Positions 49,587 to 63,313 of a stretch of DNA of 64,000 nt are shown here, piece by piece. The notes beneath the pieces were generated by a model, which did not search any database, was not told the DNA's origin, and saw only the letters and a program-made list of their open reading frames with translations. The first letter of the stretch is position 1. The number at the start of each line of letters is the position of its first letter. The translations under genes and the position numbers were made by a program. The stretch is from Camelus ferus (lineage: Eukaryota), in the NCBI RefSeq assembly GCF_009834535.1, contig NC_045697.1, positions 103,728,001 to 103,792,000 of the forward strand, written 5' to 3'.

Positions 49587-50949
49587 AAAGCTTATTTCCA
49601 TAATTTACAGTTTCACTTTTTAAAAAATAAAAACGAATTAAATATATCTTTCAGTAATTAATACTAAATGCTAATTCTTTCTTTAAAGCTAACTAACTTT
49701 AAGTGAGCTTTCTTCTATATCATTTACCATTGAATAATGTGGATCTTCTCTTATTCTAGTTACTCAAACTTTTATGGACGGGCAGAATAGAGTAATTCTT
49801 TTTATTTCCTACAAAGTACATCTGAGGCTAAAAAAAGTTTCAATGTGTTACACTCAACAGAATATAATTTAAATTCTCCACAAATATAAGAGAAATGCAG
49901 AAAGAAATAGCAGCCGACATCTTCCCAACTTCCTAAATTTTACATATAAGGGTTGGACAGAAGCCCAGCGTGGGAAGTGACTTGCTCAAGATCACACAGC
50001 TTTGGGCAGCAGCTAAGTCAGGATTACAAAGGCTCCCAAACACTCCTCCTTCTCTAGGCCATTAATCTTTATTTGACTCCAATATATTATGCAGGTAAGA
50101 TATATGTGAATATCAAAAATACAGGGGATGGATGTTATATAGACACACTAAAACGTAAAACACTAGTCAGCAAGCAGTGAAGCACTAAATCGACTTCAAA
50201 TTTTTATTAAGGTTATCCTTCTGTTAGTGATTGAAGGTATATTAGCTTAGTGGCCCATGCAATAGCTGTAGCACCACAACTAATGGACTGCCAAGAGATG
50301 ATTTAATAAAGAGGCCCAGCTGAACAACGGTGTATAAGTAACTCTGACAACCTGAGGCTTTCTTCTGGTCAAACGTTTTATATCTGTAAGTGACTTTCTC
50401 TAAAAAAAAATTACCTGAGAAGATACTCTCAGAAGGTTTCACTGTAATAACAGCAGCCCAAACATTCTTATATAAGTTCAGATTCTCCGAGATCTAAAGA
50501 TGTGATTAAAAAAAAAAAATAGTTTAAAGGTCTTGTCCCCTGATCCTTCTACAGGCACCATTTATAACATGGTTAGAGACCTAGTTAAACAACGCATTGA
50601 GCAACTACACTGTGTCATTTCTTTTGGGCGAAGTAAAATAGAGAAATAGAGCAACTTTTTAAATGTTGCCCTTGAGATTTTACTCTAAAATATGAGCAGT
50701 AGAAATTGGGAGGGAACTGGGAAGGGTGAAATTAAAATATTTATTAAATACACACTTCTATAAAATATTACACGGACTCCTCATCTTTACAACATGGACC
50801 AACTTGCACTGAGAAGAGAAAAGAAAAGTAGTGTGGGGAGAAAATGTCAAAATGAGCCAAGATTTTAAAAAATAGTAATGCTGTTGTTTGATAGGAGTTC
50901 CGGGAAAGACGCCTTTGCATCCTTTATAAACTTTCTGCGCAGCAAGTCA

Positions 50950-51420
50950 GTAACAAAACTTTCAAAACGTCCATGTCTACCCCTTGATCCAGGAATTCCA
51001 CTTTTAAAAACTTATCTAAGAAAATAGTACAGATCCAAGAAAAAATTATTAAAAGAATCTTCATATTAACATTATTTTTTAATAGCAAAAATTATCCCGG
51101 GCTAAAATAAATCACTGCACATCCATACATGAGAACGGTCAGTTGTCTTAAAAAGAGTGTTGTAGAACCATAGTTGCAAAACATGTAGACATGTTCACAA
51201 TGCATTGTTAAGTGGACAAATAGGATTATAAAATAGTATGTATTATATGATCTAATTTTATCACACATATGTACAGATAAAAAGGTCAGGAAGATACACA
51301 TTAAAACATCTCTATTGGTATCAGATAGTGGGATTATAGTATTTCTTTGTTTTGTTTACCTACATTTTTTAGATTATCCACTAGGAATAATACTGCTTTT
51401 TTAATAAGAAAAAAGCAAGT
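50950..51420 (+). mobile_element. Ancient L1ME-like 3' region
   Basis: acccttgatccaggaattccactt, ttgttaagtggacaaa, gatagtgggattatag. Confidence 0.55.
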
Positions 51421-53559
51421 TATTAAGAATTTTTAAACAGTACAAGAATATAAAATTTCATATAGTCATTTTGGAATATTGTATGTGACTTTGAGATGCC
51501 ACAATACAGGGTGCTTTAGAATAGTAAGCCTTTCCTTTGATATACCATTGGTCAAAAATTATGTTTATGTGACAATGTGAATCAAACCCAAAAGAAAAGT
51601 CATTTCACTGAGACTAACGATACTTTTGTTTTATTAGACAAAGAATCCATCACAGCCATTATCAAAGTAGTCATTTGGGGAAATTAAATCACAAAAAAAT
51701 TAAGACATTTATGTAGGATGATTTTAGGTTACAAGCAAAATGGATGAAGGTTTAAATACTTAAACTCACAAATAGTACCTTCGGTAAAAAGAGTTTTTAT
51801 TTCCTTTAAAACAGGGTTTATTATTTACTCACGTAAAAAATGTATTCCCTTAAATACTTCCTACAATAGCACAGATAAAGTCAAAGAACTCTGTTCCAGA
51901 TGCAAAGTTAGATTTCGGATTCTTTTTTAAGGATGCTCAACTTCTTATGAAACAAAGACAGAGTTTCCCACCTGAATTTTCACATGAAATATTTCTACTA
52001 TGAGACAATTTAAAAGCCTTTGAAATTTTTTTTTATGTTTATAGAATCTAATAAAATATTAGGTAGTGTGTAAGACATGCACACACCGTGGTTTGTGTAT
52101 TGCATTATGGTATAACTCATTCAAAACATGTTTATGAAATAAATATTTTCTCTTTTAGACACATGTGAAAATAAAGAATTGACCTAAAAATAGGAATAAT
52201 ACCTTTGAATTTAAAATTGTGTTTAGATCATCTCAAAACAAATTCTTGATTTAAAATGTGTTCCTGGGAAATTTTAAGAATAAAATGAGGCACAATGTTA
52301 TTCCTTTTGAATAACTGTTCCTTTTGAAAAGCTGTTTTTCAGATTCAAAATCAAGTAATTAATTTAAACACTTCTTTCTCCCAATCACTGAAAGGTATGC
52401 TGCTCAACACCTTTATAAGACCTTAAATCTCAAATTTTAATATTCTATAGAAATTAGGAAAAAATACGGAATTTGTTTTTCTTCCAGTGCTACTCTTTAT
52501 TTCCATGAACACAAGGACGTTATCAGAGAAAAGCACTGCTTAAATATGAACTGTCTAAGCACAAAGTGTCTATGACACCTAATTATTTATAACACACCCC
52601 CTTGGCCAGAATATTGTAAGGAAGACAAGCGTCAGGTAACAGTTGGATTGAAAGACCTCTGTTTCTGTTTCCTTCCCAATCATTCTCTGAAGCTCTTAAA
52701 GATCTCAGTTTAACTGAAGACTTTATCAGACACCAAGTAAGTTAACATGTACTGAAAAACTCTGTAAGAATATAAACGGGATGTTTACTCAGACCAGCCC
52801 TCTTTCTTTAACCACAATTAGCTTAAAGATCCAAATTGTGAACATAGTTTTAAGATTTTCCTGACGTGTCCTTTAACCTGCTTCCCCCACGTCTCTTCTG
52901 TATTGCTCTCATCTTTCTAGTTTTAAATTTGAAAGAGGTTTACATTTTTTAGAAAAAGAATGTGGATGCTTTTTAAAAATGTATTCCCTTAACTACTCCT
53001 TACATCTACTTTCTAATCCCCAACTCACTTAATTAAATTCAGTGTGAATTTAAATTGCAATTAACATCTTTTGAGGGATTACATGTTCTAATCACAATTA
53101 TGCAGTGAATCCTTGAAACACATACATTTTGTTATATTATCTGAAATGCAAATTGGAGTCCAAAAAAGATGTTTAATAAAAATTTATAGTTCTGAAGACT
53201 TAATTATGGAACCTAAGGGATTAGAAATGAGACTAAAAGGAGCAAAAGCATGGATACAAGTGCAAAAAACAAATTGTTTCACCTCCAGAACCCCTGGAAA
53301 TGGCCCCACTTGGCTCCCACTTAACCTTCCTTCTTCACAGTTTAAAAACTGCCTTCTAAGAGGTTTCATTAACCAAACCACATTTCATTCTTCCCTCTAG
53401 ATCAAGCTCGCAGGGTCTTAAATGAGAGGGCCTTAATATTCTACAAGATCAGGAGACAAGACCTGTTTCTGACCCAGGAATTTATAATGAAATGACTTAC
53501 TTTCTTTTACTTTACTTTTTCTTTAAAATAGCATTCCATAAGCAGAAAAGAAAAAGCTG

Positions 53560-53745
53560 ACTTTTTTGAGCATCTTCTATATGCCAAACAACAAGTGATA
53601 TTTCGCTTAATCCCCAAAATAACCCTATGAGGCACTATTCCATTTTATGGACTGAAAAATAAGGCTCAGAGTAGTGGAAAAATTGGTTGAGAAAAATAAG
53701 TGAAATGAATCAGTGGCAAAACTGGGACTCCTAAGCCCGTGCTCT
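53560..53745 (-). mobile_element. MIR SINE
   Basis: ttaatccccaaaataaccctatgagg...ccattttatggactgaaaaataaggctcaga. Confidence 0.7.
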
Positions 53746-54513
53746 TGTAAAAGGACAGCATCGTACCTGTGAGACTTTAGGAAGAAAGTCTAGCACAGAG
53801 CACTTGTTTTCAGTTGTCCATTGTAACTAGAATCCTCTCAAACAGGATGCTAGACACCTTCCTCTCCCTGGTGGTGAGGTTGCACAGAATCCTTCAAGAA
53901 GTTGCACTCTTGGGACTCTCAGGGCTCTTTCTTTAAAATCCTAGAGCTTGCCAAAAGCCAGGCTTACTTCACTGCCACTCAGTCAGTGTCCAGCAGTCAG
54001 GACAGGCTTTATTGCGAAGTCAAGATCTGATTTATTTAATTTATGCCCAGTCTCCTTTTGGCAACTTTTCTCTTCAAGGTTTGTGCACCTAGCAGACTAT
54101 TACCTCCAATGTAAAATTTACCCTCAACTATCAGCTTCTTGTTAACTATTCACTCTTCACACAACTTTTGCTGCCAAGCTTACTAGTAAAAGAAAGACTA
54201 TTTAGGCTAGCTCTTACTTTTTTCCTTTGAGATCATCATGAGATGATACCAAGTTACTAAGCTACCTACCCAGTCAACCCTGAAAAGTAGGGTTAAAAAA
54301 AAAAAAAAAACTTACTAGCATGGTTTTCCTTTCATTTACCCATGATCCATTCCCCTAGACCTATGTGGCATTATTATGCTTAATGTAACAGAACCTCCTG
54401 AACAAAAATAAACATGGACACAACCCGAAGACTGGAGGGAGACAGAACGGAGAAGAGGGCTGTGTTTCAGTGTGTGGTTTACCACCTTAAACAACCGTGG
54501 GATACGCAGGTAC

Positions 54514-54530
54514 ACACTAGAGGGCGCTAG
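54514..54530 (+). promoter_or_regulatory. Candidate CTCF site
   Basis: acactagagggcgctag compared with the core consensus CCACYAGRGGGCGCTA: one mismatch at the first position. Confidence 0.6.
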
Positions 54531-54732
54531 ACTCAGCTTTCCTAGGTCTGAATCCAGTACCAAAGCTAAAGGGACCTCCGAGATCAATTTAAGCCCTTTC
54601 AAGCCTATTTCCTCATCTCAAAAACAGACGTAACATTAGTATCTACTTGTAAGTGCTAAGTGAGAATTAAATGAGACAATTCATGTAAAGTATTAGCATA
54701 GTAAGTGCTTAATAAATGTTAGTTATTATTAA
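54515..54732 (+). mobile_element. MIR SINE
   Basis: tttcctcatctcaaaa...tgagaattaaatgagacaattcatgtaaagtattagcatagtaagtgcttaataaatgttagttatta. Confidence 0.75.
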
Positions 54733-55575
54733 CTGTATCATTAACAATATCATATTACTAAGTGGTAAGAACCATTAATCAATGACTTGCCTAATTAGAA
54801 ACCCAGAAATAGAGATAAAATTTCTGGCAAATTTGGAAAAACAGAGACAAACATCATATGGTGGAAAAAAGAAGGAAGGATGGACATTGGGGTATGAGGC
54901 TAGCAAGCCTTTTTAAAAACATGGTGTTTCTTTCTTACTACATAACTCACTGTGATTTTAGAATCATCACCATTATGTGGAATACTTGATTAATATTTAG
55001 AGATTTGTCAGACCTCAGAAAATATTCAACAAAGAAAAATGTTTTTACCACCTTTGGGGTAAAAACCTGAAAGAAATTCTGGAATGGGATTGGAAGAAGG
55101 GGTGGAAACAAACATTCATGGAGGAGTGGGTCTAATTAGGATTGGGGTCTGGGGTAAAATGATCAGTCAGGGTGCTCGTAAAGTCTCCTGAAAGGCGAAG
55201 GTGGAATGGGGAACATAACCGTCTCCACAGGCACTGGAGAAGCTAATGGCTGCCAGGAGGGCAGAAACCAACCCCTCGGGCAAAATCTGTGCATCTCATT
55301 CCAGTCACCATTTTTCTAACTCTGGCCTTGCTTGCACCTCTGATAAAATAACAATGTGGGAAGGCTACAAAGGGGAGCAAATGGTTGGTAGTGGTAGGAA
55401 GGTGATCAGGAGAAGGTACCACTGGTGTCAGAGAGGTTGAAAACTTAACTGAGGCAGCAGCTTCACAAAGCTGCCAAAGGGCACGTGGATAATGCTTCCT
55501 TGAGAGCAGTACTAAGCAAAGGTAAAAGAAAATAAGGAATATTCAGATCCCTGAACTTAAAATCTTATTATCATC

Positions 55576-55720
55576 CATTATAGCTATAATAGAAAAGAAT
55601 CTGAAAATATATGTATATATATGTGTGTATATATATGTATAACTGAATCTCTTTGCTGTACACCTAAAATTAACATTGTAAATCCACTATACTTCAATAA
55701 AAAATAAAACTAAAAAAAAA
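55576..55720 (+). mobile_element. Young L1 3' end fragment
   Basis: ctataatagaaaagaatctgaaa...gctgtacacct...cttcaataaaaa; TSD cttattatcatc on both sides. Confidence 0.85.
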
Positions 55721-56311
55721 AACTTATTATCATCAGAATCAACCCAATTAGTTAGTCAACAAGCATTTGATGAATTCCTACTGCGCATAAGAAACTGGGT
55801 TTTTTTTTTAATGTAAGATGTGATCCCTGTTCTCAAGAATATTTCAACCTGCAAGGCAGTATAAAGATGTGTCAAATCCAAAGCTACTTTAAAGAAAATC
55901 AGGCATTGGACAAATGTTTATTTAAACCAAAGAAACCTCATAGATTTTCTTCAGAGTAGACTTCCTTTAATTCAGTTTATTATTTGCTCTCTGATGGGCT
56001 TCCTTCTGTGCACAATGGCTGATGTGTAACTCTGTTCTAACAACAGGGGGCATACACAGTCCGCAATGTTGGCTGATGGGAGAGCGGGGATGTAAAAAGG
56101 GGGGGAATCCTTCGACTATTTCTCCACTTATCTCATGGTCTTACTGCTCCACACACACCCCACACGTACAACTGACTAAACAGGCAATGTGAAGACATGT
56201 GATAAAATGTTTCTATACCACAAAGAAAGACTGCTTAGAAGAACTAGTTCCTTCTCTCTTTATTCTGTATATGTAAAGTCAGATGCACACTTCCCTTTTT
56301 AGAAAAGAGTC

Positions 56312-57157
56312 TTTTTCCTTTATTTATTTATTTGTTTGTTTGTTTGTTTATACTGAGGTATAGTCAGTCCACAATGTTGTGTCAGTTTCTGGTGTCCAGC
56401 ACAGTTCTGCAGTCCTACATGAATATACATACATTCAGTTTTCATATTCTTTTTCACCATGAGTACTACAAGGTATTGAATATATTTCCCTGTGCTGTAC
56501 AGTATAAACTTGTTTATCTATTTTATGTGTACTAGTCAGTATCTGCAAATCTCAAACTCCCCGTTTATCCCTTCCCACCCCCCTCCCCCTGGCAACCACA
56601 GATCTGTATTGTATGTCTGTGAATCAGTTTCTGTTTTATACTTAAGTTCATTTGTTTTTTTTGTTTGTTTTTTGTTTTTTTTACATTCCACATATGAGTG
56701 ATGTCATATGGTATTTTTCTTTCTCTTTCTGGCTTACTTCGCTTAGAATGACAATCTCCAGGGCCATCCATGTTGCTGCAAATGGCATTATTTTATCATC
56801 TTTTATGGCTGAGTAGTATTCTATTGTATAAATATACCACAACTTCTTTATCCAGTCATCTGTCAATGGACATTTAGGTTGCTTCCATATCTTGGCCATT
56901 ATAAACAGTGCTGCTATGAACATTGGGGTGCAGGTATCTTTTTGAATTAGGGTTCCCTCTGGAGTGGGATTGCTGGGTCATATGGTAAGTCTGTTTTCAG
57001 TCTTTTGAGGAATCTCCATACTGTTTTCCATAACAGCTGCACCAAACTGCATTCCCACCAGCAGTGTAGTGGGAGGGCTCCCTTTTCTCCACACCCTCTC
57101 CAGCATTTATCATCTGCACACTTTTTAATGATGGCCATTCTGACTGGCGTGAGGTGA
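56312..57157 (-). mobile_element. Young L1 3' fragment with ORF2 C-terminus
   Basis: CWRGCGEKG...[17 protein letters not shown] and MFIAALFIMAKIWKQPKCPLTDDWIKKLWYIYT, then the 3' UTR. Confidence 0.92.
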
Positions 57158-58014
57158 AGGAGCCTTTTTTCTAATAGAATACAAGGTAGCTACCTTAAAC
57201 TTTAACAGGGTTTTCAATGGAGTATTAAAATGATTAGAAAAAATTACAAAGAATCATGTAGATCTTTTCCCACCAGATGTGTGGTAACCATCCCACTAAC
57301 CGTGGAGCCTACACTAGACCCAGACTCTTGGCATTTGCTTACTTTGTGAATATCTCTGAAGTTCCTCCTTTTTAATCTGCAACGTTACTAACCCAGGCTG
57401 GTCTGTCAGTGTGGGATGTACCCGAGCACTAATGACAGTGACCACCATTTCCCAGTTCTTCAGCGAGTGCCAGGCATTGCCCACACATCATCTTTACACA
57501 TTATCTTCTCGTGCAGTAGGTATAGTGGTAACTAAATAAAAAACACAACAGACATATTTAAAATAGTTCCCACTCATATACTGCCATTTTAAGTCAGTTT
57601 AAATAAACAAATGTATTAGAAACAGTTACACATCCAGGAATATTTGGAAACTTTCCCAGATTTAGGCAGACCCTAAATTCCCTCCAGAAGCTGCCTAGAA
57701 CACTGGCCCAACTGGATTTTCTTTTCCATTCAATATTCTTTTGCTTTTGAAGGGTGGCTTTTTAGAAAATTAATTGTTTAAGAACATATTCTGGTATTAA
57801 CCCTTTAAGTTAAATAATGTCTATCTGAATAATTTGTTGTCTCAAATTCTGGATGAAGACAAAGTTACTCCCACTTGCTGAGGCTTGGTAAAAAAAGGTA
57901 GATAATCCAGGGGAAAGATTAAAAACTGAAATCCATTGAAAGTATACAGCCACACATATTAAAATAATCATCTAATAACTGAAAATTATGACTTATAATG
58001 GTAATTAAGTGTAT

Positions 58015-58225
58015 CATTATTATGGCAAGCGTTTGTGAGTACTCACTCTGTCAGGCTAAATGATTTATATTTATTATCCTCTCATTTGAAATTCATACTA
58101 CACCCATTTTACAGGTGAGGTAGATGAGAGGTAAAGTAATTTATCCAAAATTGGATAGCTAGTAATTAGTAGAGCCAGGATTTGTATAGGTCTGTACCAA
58201 AGCCCACACTCTTTTTACTCTTCTA
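58015..58225 (-). mobile_element. MIR SINE
   Basis: cccattttacaggtgagg...gagaggtaaagtaatttatccaa...agagccaggatttg. Confidence 0.75.
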
Positions 58226-61200
58226 TGACGTCAATGTTAAAAACCTCAACTGAAGACAAAACGCTACAGCAATTTGAACCCCTCCTGATATCAAACTCAT
58301 AAACCAGCCCCCAAAATATCCCGCTACCTCATCCACCCCACCTACTCCCGAAAGATAGGTTTCTTCAGTTTCCTAAAGATGCATCAAAAATAAAGAGAAA
58401 TTAAAAGTGGTGTCAACCCAAAATATAAACCCTGCAGCACCTTGAAAAATGAACTTTTCTATAAAATATTGTGAAACAACTGAGGGATGAGTATTAAAGA
58501 ATAATGAAGGTGCGAAAAAAAATGTACTACTGTCAGCACTCTACCTGGGTACCAGTGTGGCAGAGCATCCCAGTTGCAAACAAATCAGCCTACGTGCCTG
58601 TTTCGGAAAACACCGCCCTGTGCTATATACACCAGTGTGGGGAAGGAAAGCAAGCCCAGAAATGAAGAAATGAGTAAAACCACTCATCGTGCTGTGAGGA
58701 AGAAGAACTTTGCAATAAACTTTCCCTCTAGACTTAGACTGAAATCTTCCTACAGATTTCCTCCCCTCATTTACATATCTGTGCAGGCCTATTTCTTTTT
58801 TTTTTTTTTTTTCCCCTTCCAAGCCCCTTTGCCCTTTCAATCATGAAGCATATTACTCCACTGTCAGTGCAAAGCAGCTCCTAACAACAGGGAACCCAGC
58901 TGGGATAGGAAGAGGGCAGCAGGCTCACGCATTAACATAATAATCCAACTGTGTTCCCATAGGCCCTTAGGGCAGACAGCATATTAGGTAGGCCTCCTGT
59001 GCAGACCCCGGTGGAAGCTGCCTGATCACCTGCCTATCAACCTGTGGCAGCTACAGCAGCTCAATAGCACCAGCTCCTGCCAAGCAGTGGTGCCCAATTA
59101 CCTTACTACAAAAGGCAGAAATCCATTCTTCTATGTCTGTTTAATGTACTCAGTGCATTGCCTTATTTACGATTTGAATCTCCGTTTCTGCATTGTTTCC
59201 AGGGGACTGACTTATTGCCTTTTAACTTCTGAAAGTCTATTCGTCCAAAGGCCACCGCGCTGCAGTAGGCGGGAGTGAGGCCTAAAACTAAATTGCAAAC
59301 ACAAGAGCTCAGGTTGGGAAGCTCACTGCTCAGTCACCAGTCGTCTGAAGATTCTTTTATCACCCGAACAGAGGACTAGAGGTGTGGGGAAGACCTGAAA
59401 GGCTGCCATTACTGTTTCCTCAAGGGGACAGAGGTGGGGAGGGGAATCCTATACCAATGTCTTCTCGAAATGCAGTGGTTTTTTTAAATTCTAATCCAAG
59501 ACATATTCTGAGGTTCCCACAAAGCGCCAAGCCTTTGTGCACACTGGTCCGCTCCTGTGCAAAGTGTGTGGATCACTGCCATTGGCTGAAGTACAGAATC
59601 ACAAAAGATATGACAAAAAAAATTTTAATCTCAAATTATGATTGAAGACTCAAACGAAAAGCTGGCCCACGTGGATGCTTTTTACTGTTTACATGTATGG
59701 AACGCATGTTTTATTTTAATGCTGCTCGGTTCCTAGAGTCTTTGATTTACTCTATGTGTGGTTTTCTTTCCAAGCCACAATACCTATCAAATAAGGAAAA
59801 GCCAAGGGGTATATTCCACTAAAAAGACATTATTTATAGTTTATACAAGATCATCTTTAAAACCTCATAAACATATGTTTGAAATTATAATTCACTTTAG
59901 TGAATTAAACACAGTAGTCACATTATTTGATGAAATTCCCCCTTTAAAAGGCTGTGAGAAAGGTGCAAATTTTGACATAAATGTCTATTAATATTAACAT
60001 ATTAAATTAACATATATTAAATTAAATATGGGAAAAAGGACTTTCAGAAGCATTCCAAACAATGCTATTTAAAAGATCACGAGGCTACCACTTTGGCTAG
60101 AGAAACATTTTCTACTGATCAAGTATTTCCAAAAATACAAAAACTGAGTTTCTAGAAATGTTATACTTTGGGTTTTTTAATGGTTATTTTAATAAAAAAT
60201 GAATCCTCCAGTCAAACAAAAGTGCATTTATCTAACATTTCTATGAATTTTAAATGATCGGGAACTAATAATATTGTTTAAGCAAACCAACCTGATGTGC
60301 TTCATGTATGTTCTAACAATTAAGTAAAAATGAAGTATCAAGGCCATATCTGCACCTGCCACTGATGTTCACTGTCAAGGTTACCTCTGTTACCTTCACA
60401 TTAACCATTTGTACATGATGTTAATGGATGCTGGTGACCATGCAACAGCTTGTCAATTCTTAGGATTACTTCCATACATGCTAGGCGGGCGTTAATATAA
60501 GGTAAATGCCCTCATCATGAACAAATCTGTTTGCTCTTTACCATACAACCTAGGGAAAATTCAAATAAAAGAAAAAAAAACTAACATTTTTTTTTCTTCT
60601 GTGAATAAATCATGAGCTGTTTAATGGTCTCTAAACAATACACTACAATATATTATACGTTGATGGGAGTGTAAATACAAAATACTAAACTCAATAATAA
60701 ATATTAATGCTTATATATGTGTTAAACAGCAAAATTATACACATCCCCTTCTTCATCTTTTGGGGGTTCCAGAAGCTCTTTATTCTTCATAAACTCTTAT
60801 ATTTGGACAAAAGGTAATGCATCTTCCAAGTCATTAAATCCAGTAACTTGATTTTTGATTAAAAAACAATAAACAACAGCCATATGGTGACAGGATGAAT
60901 GGCGACCTAGACTTTGCCATTTTAATTCCTTCAAGGGTATGCTCCACTCTAGCAGGAACACAAGGAAAGCGTTTATATAAAATAGAAATCTATCTATTCC
61001 ATTAGTAAGAACTTGATTTTAACTTGAATAGCAACGTATGCAGCTAGAATAATTCAGCTTCTAAAGAATGGCAGAGAAGGGAATAAGGGACACAATTGTA
61101 GTATCATTTCTAGCATGAGCAATGCAATTTTGGATGAGGTTAAAATTATTTAAAAAAATAAACAAATGAAGGGAAGTGTTATTTCAATTTAAGTGGGAGT

Positions 61201-62963
61201 AAACAGAAATAGAAAATAATGCAGAAGAAGCCATATTTATGTTTAGGTATGATATACCAAATTTTAAAATCTACCCCCTCCCCTCCCTGCAGCCATTCCT
61301 TTGGGCTCTAAATTCCTATATCTGAAATACACCACATCTTCATTTTGATTCAACTAGAGTAGTCCTTCCCTGCCAGAGAATTACCTAGAAAGGACCCTCT
61401 TCTCCCCATGGAGAGCTACTTTATTCTTAAAGACTTTATCTACGCAGTTCAATTTGGTAGCGTAGACGTGGCTTCAGAGATGGTTTGCACCTAGTATATT
61501 CTGACATTCCTGCCAAGGAAAAGATTAAGTACGAAATATCCGAAATTACACGTTAAAATAGATGCCATTTTACTTTGTTTCTTCCTGAATAGCCCTTCAA
61601 CTGTTGAGGCACATACATTTTTCCCCAGGCAAAGTCCCCAGGCTAAAATAACTAAGCCTCATATCTTTAGGAAACCCAGCTTTCCAAACATCATTCTTAG
61701 GTATCTGATTATCTATTGGGTGTAGTTTCATTTCATATTTAATCATGCAAATCTTACATGAAACAGGAAGAATGTTTCACTTCAAACATTTCTTTTCAGT
61801 CAACTACTCGTAGTGAACACAATCAATGACAACACTTAATTTTCTACAACTTCTTAAAATGTTTATAAATGTTAGTTATAGAGTTAGAAGTCACAATTAC
61901 TCGAGACCTGATTATTTTGGATTTAAACCTACCTTTCCTTTCAGGACTGCCCTCTCCAGCAGCAAGCTACCCCACATTTGCTACTGGGGAAGGGACCCTC
62001 CCCTCTGCTAAGTTCTAATTCTTTTACTTTGCAACTGTTAGACTTTCAGGCAACTTAGAGTCAAAGATCACCATTTTAAACAGTAACAGATGTTCCAAAG
62101 CTATTACTCCAAACCTCAGGTGAGGATAAATAGAACTTCAAATTAAAACTAAAGAAATTTAGCAAACAAGTAAAAAGGTAAATAAATAAGTAGCTCTTAA
62201 GATCTTTCAGACCATCATAGACTAAAAAGAAAAGTTTAAAATTACGCACTAAACCTCAAAGCTTTCAAAATTAACAGAAATTAAAATGCATATTGAGTTA
62301 TCACATTCTAACAAAGCTAACCTAATTTATATTAAAAGCATCTTTATTTAGCACATAATGCCATCACAAAAAGTTTATAGATTACTCCCTCAATACCTAC
62401 CCAAGTACTAAATCATTATGCATTAAGTCATTAAAGAATTTTTAAGAGATCTTAATTGCCTCTTCTTACAACTTAGTTCTCATTTCAAATCAGAATCCGT
62501 CCTAGAGAGCAATAGAAAGAATGCTGAAACAGAATTAAGAACTAAAAGATGAAAAGAAAGAGAAATAAAATGATAGGGTTGAGGAAAGAGTAATATAAAA
62601 AGAAATCTATGAATAAGGAAGATACAGTTAATAAATAAAAAGAAAGAACTAGAAAACCAACACTCTTCACCTTCTTAAATTTGATAATATCTAATTTTTA
62701 AAAAACATAATTAAACACATCTCTGTACACAGTTCTGTGGGAGAAATGCCCCACAAAACTACGATACACACAGTAAGGGTCCATAAGGTTTTGGGGAGGA
62801 GGGTTGAGGGGATGAGGAGGGAGAGAGAGGAAGCCAATAGTCTATGAAGCAACCCAAGGTGAATACGTTAACAGGGTAGTTGCCAGTGACACTGGTAACT
62901 TCTGAAAGCTAAAAAGGGGAGCTACCTACCTTTTGGTCTTCTCCTTAACAAACCCCTATTCTA

Positions 62964-62998
62964 AGAGAGAGAGAGAGAGAGAGTGTGTGTGTGTGTGT
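62964..62998 (+). repeat. (GA)n(GT)n compound microsatellite
   Basis: Directly visible. Confidence 0.95.
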
Positions 62999-63313
62999 CT
63001 TGGGGGTGAGGGGAAAGCGGAGGCACTTAAGGAGTTCCCTGGAAGGGGGAAAGGAGAGCAGCCCCCCTGAACGACAGAGGGTGGAAATGGTAGTGCCCCC
63101 AACAGACCTTAGTCCTGGAACTACGACTCTCATTCCCTCCGATGAAGTTTTGCTACATAACCAACTCCAAGGAACTGACTAACACTGTGGTACTGGGAGG
63201 TGGTTTCTTACTCTGAATACTACTTGCTTAAAGTAAGACATTAACTGGGGCTGAGAAATATTTATGACACAGGGGTCATAACTGACTTAATCTGCATTCA
63301 AAATAGGAAAAGA

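Noticed and set aside
58546..58598. 53-nt exon-like segment (ARRLICLQLGCSATLVP)
   Set aside because: Mediocre donor (gtagag) and acceptor, no match to SLC10A7; a typical pseudo-exon.
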